From: Dehalococcoidia bacterium | GTDB taxonomy: Bacteria > Chloroflexota > Dehalococcoidia > GIF9 > AB-539-J10 | Length of the DNA stretch: 34,621 bases | Direction: 5' to 3' | Assembly: GCA_004377135.1 (NCBI GenBank) | Contig: SOHS01000176.1 | Span: forward strand, 1-34,621 | The notes under the pieces: model-generated | The model's database searches: none | The model's input: the letters and a program-made list of their open reading frames with translations, nothing else | What the model was told of the DNA's origin: nothing | Part shown: positions 26,678-34,378 of the stretch, piece by piece | Layout: each line of letters opens with the position of its first letter | Position numbering within the stretch: the first letter of the stretch is position 1 | Made by a program: the position numbers and the translations under genes

Positions 26678-27537
26678 AGACAGGCTTTATTGGTGCGGGA
26701 ACGACAGGTACTGCCCTGGCGGTACGGCTTTCTCAAAAGGGATGGCCGGTGGTGGCTGTGTTTAGTCGGACTTTGTCCTCGGCACAGAGGCTGGCCAAAA
26801 GGGTGCCCAACTCCCAGGTTTATCATACGGCTCAGGAACTGGCGGATTTCGCGGAGCTGGTCTTCATTACCACTCCTGATGATGTCATCGCGCAAGTGTG
26901 CAGCCAAGTTCAGTGGCATAAGGGGCAAAGCGTCCTGCATTGCAGCGGCGCTCACTCCGTAGATACTCTGGAATCAGCAAAAAAACATGGGGCGGCTGTT
27001 GGCTCATTTCATCCTTTGCAGACTTTTGCCGACGTTGACCAGGCCATAGCAAACTTGCCTGGCTCCACCTTTGCCCTGGAAGCTGAAGAGCCACTATTAT
27101 CGACTCTAAAGGAGTTAACTCACCTCCTGAATGGCAACTGGGTGGAACTTAAACCCGGGGACAAGGTGTTGTATCACGCAGCCGCCGTTTTCGCCTGTAA
27201 TTATCTGGTGACCCTGGTTAAGCTGGCTCTGGACTTGTGGAAGGACTTCGAAGTATCGCCAAAAGGGGCGACCAGGGCCTTGCTGCCCTTGCTCAGAGGG
27301 ACGCTAAACAACATTGAAAATGTCGGCTTGCCTAACTGCCTCACCGGTCCTGTCGCCCGCGGGGACTTGGGCACTATAGAGAGGCACTTGAGGGCTCTTG
27401 CTGCCAAGAACCCTTCTTTGCTCACTACCTATAAGGAGCTAGGGCTTCAGACTATTCCTGTTGCTTTAGCTAAAGGCAAGGTCGATGAACAGAAGGCAGA
27501 AGAGATGAGAACCTTACTTTCTTTCCAAAGAAAGTAA
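26671..27537 (+). CDS. Rossmann-fold NAD(P) oxidoreductase with DUF2520-like C-terminal half; putative ketopantoate reductase (PanG-like)
   Basis: [13 protein letters not shown] dinucleotide-binding N-terminus, 288 aa. The ATG overlaps the upstream stop (ATGCTGA), and the gene sits immediately upstream of panD-panB-panC. The functional call is by context. Confidence 0.55.
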   Translation: MLKTGFIGAGTTGTALAVRLSQKGWPVVAVFSRTLSSAQRLAKRVPNSQVYHTAQELADFAELVFITTPDDVIAQVCSQVQWHKGQSVLHCSGAHSVDTLESAKKHGAAVGSFHPLQTFADVDQAIANLPGSTFALEAEEPLLSTLKELTHLLNGNWVELKPGDKVLYHAAAVFACNYLVTLVKLALDLWKDFEVSPKGATRALLPLLRGTLNNIENVGLPNCLTGPVARGDLGTIERHLRALAAKNPSLLTTYKELGLQTIPVALAKGKVDEQKAEEMRTLLSFQRK

Positions 27538-27568
27538 GCAAAGAAACTTTGCACCTAGGGAGGTAAAA

Positions 27569-27964
27569 ATGAGAACTATGCTGAAAAGTAAAATCCACCG
27601 AGCCCGGGTCACTCAAGTCGATTTAGATTATGAAGGCAGTATCACTATTGATCGGTCTCTCATGGAGGCCAGTGACATCTTGCCTTTCGAAAGGGTGGAA
27701 GTGCTGAACGTCAACAATGGAGCCAGGTTCAGCACTTATGCTATCGAAGGTGAGGCGAATTCAGGGGTTATTGGTATCAATGGTGCTGCCGCCAGACTGG
27801 TGGCAAAGGGCGATATAGTTATCATCCTCTCGTATTGCCAGGTTCCTGACGATGAGGCAATCAATATGACCCCCAGCATAGTTCGTGTGGATAGTCAAAA
27901 CAGAATCGTTGAACCTTTGCCTCTGGTTCCTCTCACTAGATGGGAAATAAAAATAGAAGATTAA
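27569..27964 (+). CDS. panD: aspartate 1-decarboxylase (pyruvoyl-dependent)
   Basis: [25 protein letters not shown] with the Gly-Ser self-processing site. GGGAGG lies before the ATG. Confidence 0.93.
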   Translation: MRTMLKSKIHRARVTQVDLDYEGSITIDRSLMEASDILPFERVEVLNVNNGARFSTYAIEGEANSGVIGINGAAARLVAKGDIVIILSYCQVPDDEAINMTPSIVRVDSQNRIVEPLPLVPLTRWEIKIED

Positions 27965-28040
27965 GATGCAAAGACACAGGGCAAAATTCAAGAAGTTTTG
28001 CATTTTGAGTTGTCACGTTGATTTTTAAGGAGGTGAAGCC

Positions 28041-28877
28041 ATGAGGGTCACTATCACCGAGATAAGAGAAATGAAGCAGAAGAAAGAAAAGATACCTATG
28101 CTCACCGCTTATGACTACGTGACCGCCAAGATGGTTGACGAAGCTGGTGTGCCTCTGATATTGGTCGGGGATAGCTTGGGGATGGTGATGTTGGGCTATC
28201 AGTCGACCATCCCGGTGACCATGGAGGAGATGATTCATCATACCAAAGCTGTAGTGAGAGGAGCTAAGGAAGCCTTAATAGTAGGCGACATGCCATTTAT
28301 GACCTATCATATCAGCGTCTCCGATGCTTTACATAATGCTGCCAGATTTATTCAGGAAGCGGGGGCGCAGGCGGTGAAGTTGGAGGGGGGCGAGGTCGTC
28401 GCGGAGACAATCAGGCGTCTTGTTAGGTGTGGCATCCCGGTTATGGGGCATATTGGGCTTACTCCGCAGTCCATACATCAGTTGGGAGGGTTTAAGGTGC
28501 GTGGTAAGGGGCTCGAGGAAGCGAGAAAGCTGCTAAACGATGCCCGTATTTTGGAGGAGGCCGGGGCTTTTGCTATCGTTCTGGAATGCACTCCCGCACC
28601 TCTTTCCAAGTTGATTACTCAGAAGCTATCTATCCCGACGATTGGCATCGGGGCCGGACTTGATTGCGATGGCCAAGTCCAGGTAATCAGCGATCTTCTC
28701 GGCCTTTATACTGAATTTGTGCCCAAGCACGCCAAGCAATATGCCAGGTTGGCCGGAGAAATTAAGACTGCTGTTGAAGATTACATATCTGAAATTAAGT
28801 CTCTTAGTTTCCCCACTATGGAGCATAGCTACACCATGGATGAAGGCCTCATCAAGCAGCTAAAGGCTGAAAGTTAG
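28041..28877 (+). CDS. panB: 3-methyl-2-oxobutanoate hydroxymethyltransferase
   Basis: 278 aa with MLTAYDY, LVGDSLGMV and VKLEGG motifs. AAGGAGG lies before the ATG. Confidence 0.93.
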   Translation: MRVTITEIREMKQKKEKIPMLTAYDYVTAKMVDEAGVPLILVGDSLGMVMLGYQSTIPVTMEEMIHHTKAVVRGAKEALIVGDMPFMTYHISVSDALHNAARFIQEAGAQAVKLEGGEVVAETIRRLVRCGIPVMGHIGLTPQSIHQLGGFKVRGKGLEEARKLLNDARILEEAGAFAIVLECTPAPLSKLITQKLSIPTIGIGAGLDCDGQVQVISDLLGLYTEFVPKHAKQYARLAGEIKTAVEDYISEIKSLSFPTMEHSYTMDEGLIKQLKAES

Positions 28878-28881
28878 CGGT

Positions 28882-29715
28882 ATGCAGGTAGTAGGGCCTA
28901 TCTTTGAGTTAAGGGCATTAAGGCAGCAACTCAGCGGCACAGTAGGCTTCGTTCCCACTATGGGCTATCTTCACGAAGGTCATCTGGCTTTAGTAAAGCA
29001 GGCCAGGATAGAAAATTCCAACGTTATTGTGAGTATTTACGTCAATCCCACTCAATTTGGCCTCAGGGAAGATTTCGGGGCTTATCCCCGAGAGCTTAAT
29101 CGTGACCTGGAGCTATTGCGGGAAGAGGGGGTGGATATTGTCTTTGTCCCCTCCGATGATGAGATGTACCCACCTGAATTTAGCAGCTGGGTGGATGTGG
29201 AGAAGGTAACCGAGCGACTTGAGGGAGCATCTCGTCCGGGGCATTTCAAGGGCGTAGCCACCGTAGTAGCCAAGCTATTCAACATTGTCCAGCCATCACG
29301 GGCTTACTTCGGACAGAAAGATGCCCAGCAAGTGGTGGTTATTAAGAGAATGGTGGCTGACCTCAACATGGGTATAGAAATCGTAGTTGTACCTACGGTC
29401 AGGGAGAGCGATGGCCTGGCCATGAGCAGCCGCAATATTTACCTCGGCCCCGGGGAGCGCCAGGCAGCTACAGTATTGTTCAAGGCTCTTAATTTAGCTC
29501 AGCAATTATGGTGGGATGGGGAAAAGGATGCTGAAAAGATTCGCCGGCAGATGACCTCACTTATCCAGAAAGAACCCCTAGCTCAAATTGACTATGTCAG
29601 CATTGCTGATGCCGAAACACTGGAAGAATTGAACTTGATCGACCGCCCGGCATTGGCTTCCTTAGCCTTGAGGATAAGGAAAATTCGGTTAATAGATAAC
29701 ATGCCTCTGGAATAA
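28882..29715 (+). CDS. panC: pantoate--beta-alanine ligase
   Basis: 277 aa with PTMGYLHEGHLAL (HxGH), FGQKDAQQ and MSSRN motifs. Confidence 0.93.
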   Translation: MQVVGPIFELRALRQQLSGTVGFVPTMGYLHEGHLALVKQARIENSNVIVSIYVNPTQFGLREDFGAYPRELNRDLELLREEGVDIVFVPSDDEMYPPEFSSWVDVEKVTERLEGASRPGHFKGVATVVAKLFNIVQPSRAYFGQKDAQQVVVIKRMVADLNMGIEIVVVPTVRESDGLAMSSRNIYLGPGERQAATVLFKALNLAQQLWWDGEKDAEKIRRQMTSLIQKEPLAQIDYVSIADAETLEELNLIDRPALASLALRIRKIRLIDNMPLE

Positions 29716-29964
29716 GTGCCTCAGTGTATCATTGCGTGGCTCTTATTAGCTTAAATTCCCTTGAGTTCAAGTTATTCGTACTTCTACCCAATTCACCCGC
29801 GTTAAACGACTATGTGGAGCGAGTACACCTGACCCATCGTCTTTGTCAATCTCTGGGCTACCCCATGCCTCAGGAGTGCCTTGAGTGCTATTTGCAAAAA
29901 AAGGAGGCGATGCGTCATTAAGGTACTGGACGAGGACAGGTATTGGCAGAAGTAATCAGGTAAA

Positions 29965-29973
29965 TGGTATTAT
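29965..29973 (+). promoter_or_regulatory. extended -10 element TGGTATTAT upstream of the histidine kinase gene
   Basis: TG-n-TATTAT lies 70 nt before ATG 30043, with a weak -35 (TTGGCA at 29943-29948, 19-nt spacer). The 10-mer ATGGTATTAT is shared with the response-regulator upstream region. Confidence 0.45.
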
Positions 29974-30042
29974 TTCCAGTGACATGGCAGCCTTAAGCTA
30001 GGGGGATGTTACCGGCAAGAAAACGGTACGTAAGGAGATATA

Positions 30043-32268
30043 ATGATGAAAGCGAAGTATACCTCGCCACGTAATTCCACAGATTCCTCACTGAATTCGT
30101 CGCTCAAGCAGGCTGAGGAGGCGCTTCAAGCCGAGCATAATAAGCTGCTATCACTAATGACTGCCATGGAATACACCGTCACCATACAAGATAAAGAATA
30201 TAACATTATTTATCAGAATGAGGCGTCGAGGATAGCTTCTGGTGGTGACCACCTGGGGGAGAAATGCTACCGAGCTTATGAAGGCAGAGAGAAGGTGTGT
30301 GACGGGTGCCCGGTAGAAGAGGCATTTAAGGATGGCAAGTCACACACCGCGGAGAGGATGGTGGTAACGCCTTCGGGGGAGGTTACCTTCTGGGAGAATA
30401 CGGCTAATCCCGTTAGAGACTCCGCAGGTAAGACTGTCTCCTGCCTGGAGCTAGCCTGGGACATCACCGAGCGCAAGCGGGCAGAGGAGAAAAATCGGAT
30501 AATATTAGCAACAGCCCTTGACGGTTTTTTTGTCGTTGGTCTGGATGCTAGATTGCTAGAGGTCAACGCTTCATACTGTAAGATGGTTGGTTATACTCGT
30601 GAAGAACTGCTTAAGATGTCCCTAGCTGATATTGAAGCGATAGAAACGCCCGAAGAGAATGCTCAGCATATAGAAAAGGTAGCGGCGCAGGGTTACGACT
30701 TTTTTGAGACCCAGCATCAACGTAAAGACGGTAAGATAATTGATGTTGAGGTTAGCGCAAATTACATTGATGTGGAGGGCGGGCAAATAGTCGTATTTGT
30801 GCGGAATATCACCGAGCGCAAGCGGGCAGAGGAGAAAAATCGGATAATATTAGCAACAGCCCTTGACGGTTTTTTTGTCGTTGGTCTGGATGCTAGATTG
30901 CTAGAGGTCAACGCTTCATACTGTAAGATGGTTGGTTATACTCGTGAAGAACTGCTTAAGATGTCCCTAGCTGATATTGAAGCGATAGAAACGCCCGAAG
31001 AGAATGCTCAGCATATAGAAAAGGTAGCGGCGCAGGGTTACGACTTTTTTGAGACCCAGCATCAACGTAAAGACGGTAAGATAATTGATGTTGAGGTTAG
31101 CGTAAATTACATTGATGTGGAGGGCGGGCAAATAGTCACATTTGTGCGAAATATCACCGAGCATAAACTGGCGGAGCAGGCTCTTATAGAAAGCGAAGGA
31201 AAATACAGAACTCTGGTTGAAAATATCCCACAGAAAATATTCTTTAAGGATAAGGATTCAGTTTACATTTCCTGCAATAGCAATTACGCCGAAGACCTGC
31301 AGCTAAAGCCCGCAGAGATATCAGGGCATACAGATTATGACTTCTATCCCAGGGACCTGGCCGAAAAATATAGAGCAGACGATAAAAGAGTGTTTGAGTC
31401 GGGGAATACAGAAAGAATTGAAGAGAGATACATCGAACACGGACAAGAAAGGATCGTGGAAACATTCAAGGCCCCGTTCATAGATGAAAGCGGCAAAACC
31501 GTCGGTGTACTGGGCATTTTCCATGACATCACCAAGCAAAAAGAAACGGAGAGACAGTCACACGAGCGCGAAATAGCCGAGGTACGGGCGCAAGAGCTAG
31601 GTATGTCACAGCAGCGCCTTATCAACGCTCAAGAATGCCTGCGTAAAGACATTGCCAGTCAGCTTCACGGAACGGTGCAAAGCCGGCTTATATTACTGGG
31701 GCATAAGATTGCAGAGCTTGAGGCCAAGGCCCGGTCAAAGCGGATGACTAAGGAGCTAGCTGACGTCCGCCAGAGACTTGAGGAGCTACAAAACGAACAC
31801 ATACGGTCTATCAGCCATCGCCTTTTCCCTTCCATCTTACGCCTGGGAATAGCTACCGGCCTGGAATCTCTAATAGACGAGTATAGCGCCAAGCTACCTG
31901 TTGATTTGCGGGTGAGCAAAAAACTGAGAGATAGAGAGCAAGCGAATAGAAAGCTTATTCCAGATAATGTGAAGCTGGCGCTGTATCGTATTGCTGAGGA
32001 AGCCTTGACCAATATCTCTAAACACACGCCGGCAGCGAACAATATAGTGGTGAAACTGTCGCTGTCTGATAGTCGAATATTGCGCCTTACGGTGAGGGAT
32101 GATGGTCCTGGCTCTAATACAACAAGCCCTTCAACCGGTATTGGCCTCTTGCTGATTTCGGACTACGCAGCAGTGGCGGGAGGCAGTTGCACCATCAAGA
32201 GCATTCCCGGCAAGGGCACACGGATTACGGCAGTGCTGCCTCTTGTCGGACTTGAAACAGGACAGTAA
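30043..32268 (+). CDS. soluble multi-PAS sensor histidine kinase (4 PAS, HisKA_3-type H-box, HATPase_c)
   Basis: 741 aa with no hydrophobic segment long enough for a TM helix. PAS1 carries an H/C-x10-C-x2-C insert. PAS2 and PAS3 are near-identical. PAS4 is followed by a coiled coil, the H-box SQLHGTVQSRL and an ATPase domain (EALTNISKH, DDGPG, GIGLLL). AAGGAG lies 5 nt before the ATG. Confidence 0.88.
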   Translation: MMKAKYTSPRNSTDSSLNSSLKQAEEALQAEHNKLLSLMTAMEYTVTIQDKEYNIIYQNEASRIASGGDHLGEKCYRAYEGREKVCDGCPVEEAFKDGKSHTAERMVVTPSGEVTFWENTANPVRDSAGKTVSCLELAWDITERKRAEEKNRIILATALDGFFVVGLDARLLEVNASYCKMVGYTREELLKMSLADIEAIETPEENAQHIEKVAAQGYDFFETQHQRKDGKIIDVEVSANYIDVEGGQIVVFVRNITERKRAEEKNRIILATALDGFFVVGLDARLLEVNASYCKMVGYTREELLKMSLADIEAIETPEENAQHIEKVAAQGYDFFETQHQRKDGKIIDVEVSVNYIDVEGGQIVTFVRNITEHKLAEQALIESEGKYRTLVENIPQKIFFKDKDSVYISCNSNYAEDLQLKPAEISGHTDYDFYPRDLAEKYRADDKRVFESGNTERIEERYIEHGQERIVETFKAPFIDESGKTVGVLGIFHDITKQKETERQSHEREIAEVRAQELGMSQQRLINAQECLRKDIASQLHGTVQSRLILLGHKIAELEAKARSKRMTKELADVRQRLEELQNEHIRSISHRLFPSILRLGIATGLESLIDEYSAKLPVDLRVSKKLRDREQANRKLIPDNVKLALYRIAEEALTNISKHTPAANNIVVKLSLSDSRILRLTVRDDGPGSNTTSPSTGIGLLLISDYAAVAGGSCTIKSIPGKGTRITAVLPLVGLETGQ
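30463..31152 (+). repeat. in-frame tandem duplication, 2 x 345 bp (one PAS domain plus linker)
   Basis: Copy 1 (30463-30807) and copy 2 (30808-31152) differ at only 4 positions (30758, 30793, 30794, 30804). The first 295 nt of the unit are identical. Confidence 0.97.
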
Positions 32269-32428
32269 CAGGAAGGTCAGCCTTTGGAATAAAGGCCCGG
32301 CGCCCTGCAGCACTACCAGCCTCGCCCAATACCTGAAAGTGCTTGCTCGCTTCCAGCAAATGGCACAGCTAATCTCTAAACAGGTATCGTCATCAACCAG
32401 ACCAGGTCGGTATGGCGACTCCCATCCT

Positions 32429-32457
32429 TTGACTTGCTAGTTTTCAACGCTTATATT
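32429..32457 (+). promoter_or_regulatory. near-consensus sigma70 promoter pointing into the 3' end of the response-regulator gene (antisense)
   Basis: TTGACT (32429-32434), a 17-nt spacer, then TATATT (32452-32457). It sits in the gap between the two convergent genes. Confidence 0.45.
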
Positions 32458-32534
32458 GTAGTATGGTTCTATCATGCTACGATATCATGCTCGCACGGCA
32501 ATTAGCCGGGGTTTACGCAATCCGTGCTCCCGCG

Positions 32535-33212
32535 CTAACGTCGCTGCGAGGATTTCAGGAACGCAAGGGCAGCCTTGACCCGCATGTTGATTTCCGACTC
32601 GCCGGCAAGTTCCAGATGCTGATAGATGACGTTGATGTAGCTTTCAACGGACCTCTCCGTTAGTGCCAGTTTTCTGGCGATAGTGGCATTATTGAACCCC
32701 TCCGCAAGCAACCGGAGCACATCCTGTTGTCTGGGTGTAAGTCTGTAAACATTAGACCCTTTCCGCGGGTGCAGCTTCGCCATCACCGCCGGGTCCATGA
32801 CCACCATACCCCGCGCGCATCCCTCAATAGCCTGGACAAGTGTGGATACGTCGCGAACTGTCTGCTTTAAAAGATATGCCCACCCCGTGCTCTCTCCAAG
32901 CGGCAGGCTGGTCACATAGCGGGGATCATCATGTGCGGAGAGTATAACGATGCCAATCTCAGGGTTCTCCCTCTTGATTGCCAGTGCCGCATCAATGCCG
33001 TCCATTTCGCCGGCAAGCTCAATATCCATCACCATCACGTCGGGTTTGGTCTGCCGGGCCAGCACAATCGCCTTCTCAGCATTATCCGTCGTGTCTACGA
33101 CCTCTAGACCACTCTTCCGGGATAGAGCGTCAACCAGCACTTCTCGAAACAGGGCTTCGTCCTCTATTACCACTACCCTTATCTTTTCCACAGGCATTCC
33201 TCGTAACTTCAC
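32535..33212 (-). CDS. NarL/LuxR-family response regulator (REC + LuxR HTH)
   Basis: IRVVVIEDE, the phospho-acceptor context DVMVMDIEL and the C-terminal LTPRQQDVLRLLAEGFNNATIARKLALTERSVESYI. The start is ambiguous: GTG 33212, ATG 33197, or GTG 33191. The last has the best GAGGA spacing. Confidence 0.9.
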   Translation of the reverse strand: MKLRGMPVEKIRVVVIEDEALFREVLVDALSRKSGLEVVDTTDNAEKAIVLARQTKPDVMVMDIELAGEMDGIDAALAIKRENPEIGIVILSAHDDPRYVTSLPLGESTGWAYLLKQTVRDVSTLVQAIEGCARGMVVMDPAVMAKLHPRKGSNVYRLTPRQQDVLRLLAEGFNNATIARKLALTERSVESYINVIYQHLELAGESEINMRVKAALAFLKSSQRR

Positions 33213-33255
33213 TTTGCGGGTGTGCTTCGGGGCAAAGATGAGCGCCTCTCTGTAT

Positions 33256-33264
33256 ATAATACCA
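33256..33264 (-). promoter_or_regulatory. extended -10 element TGGTATTAT upstream of the response-regulator gene
   Basis: The minus strand reads TAGCATGGTATTATATAC, the same ATGGTATTAT 10-mer as upstream of the kinase gene. Confidence 0.45.
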
Positions 33265-33292
33265 TGCTACCTTGATATTCTATACCATACTA
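33260..33292 (-). repeat. direct repeat TAGCATGGTA / TAGTATGGTA, 23 bp start to start (candidate operator half-sites)
   Basis: The plus strand reads TACCATGCTA (33260-33269) and TACCATACTA (33283-33292). A third copy, TAGTATGGT, is at 32459-32467 on the plus strand, and TAGCATG is at 33449-33455. Confidence 0.5.
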
Positions 33293-33716
33293 ACCCCGTG
33301 AGTAAACCAGAGGTTAGCACAATAGCCAACGATTTATTCGCATGTTAATATTAAGCATATAAACCAAGAGTAACTACTGGCACATGGTACTGAGGCGCCT
33401 ATTGAGAGCAACTCTGCAAGAGATATTACAGGAGGTGTGCAGGCTAACTAGCATGTCCCCCGAAGAGGACGAGTACCATCTCCTGTGGCTAAAAAAGGAC
33501 GGCTAGGTGCTGACCATATTTTCGCAAACTGGCGCCATGGTTAAGGCGGAAAGAAAAGAAGCCACAAGGCATTTGGCGACCCATGCCCTTTGTAAGCAAT
33601 CAATGAAGAATAGAGGGAACGCCAAATTACTGCATACGAGGAAGTGGCAACGCGCAAAAGATATAGAAGCGGCCCAAATGAGCAAATTCTCTATGAAATA
33701 ATCAAGGAGGCTAAAT

Positions 33717-34358
33717 ATGGCATTAGATTCTAAATCCGGAAATACAATTTTGAGATTGTGGCTTCTACTGCACCGAGTCCGCGACACACTTGCTCTGTGC
33801 CAGGATTCAATATTTGCGAAATACGGGATTACTACGGAGCAGTTCGGAGTGCTTGGGGCTGTCAAATCACGCGGTGGTTCTCTAAGGCCGACTGACCTAG
33901 CCTCAATTCTAGAACGTAGTCCAAACAGCATCAGTATGCTGGTCGACCGTATGGTCAAAGCTGGTCTGGTCAGAAGGACAAGAGACAGGATAGACCGCAG
34001 GGTGGTACATGTGGCTTTGACCAGTAAGGGGACGAACGCCATTGAACTGGCAATGCCGGAGGGCTGGGACTTTATCCAGAAAATCCTGTCACCGATGCCA
34101 TACAAGGACAAGCAAGCTCTTGCCGGTATGCTTGAGACAGTAAAATGTGAGTTACTTGGGTACCTAAATCCCCAAGTAAATATGGCGGAAATCATTAAGA
34201 ACAGTGTCACAAACCAGCCTGGTTTATATGAACGGATGATCAAGAACATTTTTGCCTCAGGCTCTGAAGCTAAACGGCAGGGTGGCAAAAAAGAAGAAGA
34301 CCATATGATGAGGGCTGAGATTGCCACGCGGCAGCACAAACGAGCAAAGGTCCGATAA
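33717..34358 (+). CDS. MarR-family transcriptional regulator with a roughly 60-aa basic C-terminal extension
   Basis: Winged-HTH core (GITTEQFGVLGAV...LRPTDLASILERSPNSISMLVDRMVKAGLVRRTRDRIDRRVVHVALTSKG). AAGGAGG lies 7 nt before the ATG. At 213 aa it is longer than the usual 140-160. Confidence 0.88.
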   Translation: MALDSKSGNTILRLWLLLHRVRDTLALCQDSIFAKYGITTEQFGVLGAVKSRGGSLRPTDLASILERSPNSISMLVDRMVKAGLVRRTRDRIDRRVVHVALTSKGTNAIELAMPEGWDFIQKILSPMPYKDKQALAGMLETVKCELLGYLNPQVNMAEIIKNSVTNQPGLYERMIKNIFASGSEAKRQGGKKEEDHMMRAEIATRQHKRAKVR

Positions 34359-34378
34359 AATAACAGAAGGAGATAAAT

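Noticed and set aside
26215-26955. 246-aa minus-strand ORF spanning the DmpA-like/oxidoreductase junction
   Set aside because: It is antisense to two strongly supported, translationally coupled plus-strand genes. Its Ala/Ser/Arg-rich translation is typical of antisense frames of GC-rich coding DNA.
29724-29921. 65-aa GTG-initiated ORF just after panC
   Set aside because: It has no Shine-Dalgarno sequence and no recognisable motif, and it sits in the intergenic region. It could be a small protein, but nothing in the sequence supports that.
32463-32663. 66-aa plus-strand ORF starting right after the antisense promoter (possible leaderless gene)
   Set aside because: The reading frame is the antisense of the LuxR HTH-coding region of the response regulator and has no protein-like features. 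The promoter is retained as a finding, the CDS is not.
33345-33354. Dehalobox (CprK-type TTAAT-N4-ATTAA) upstream of the MarR genes
   Set aside because: The half-sites TTAAT/ATTAA are present but directly abutted with no 4-nt spacer, so it does not fit the dehalobox geometry. It is kept only as a generic palindrome.
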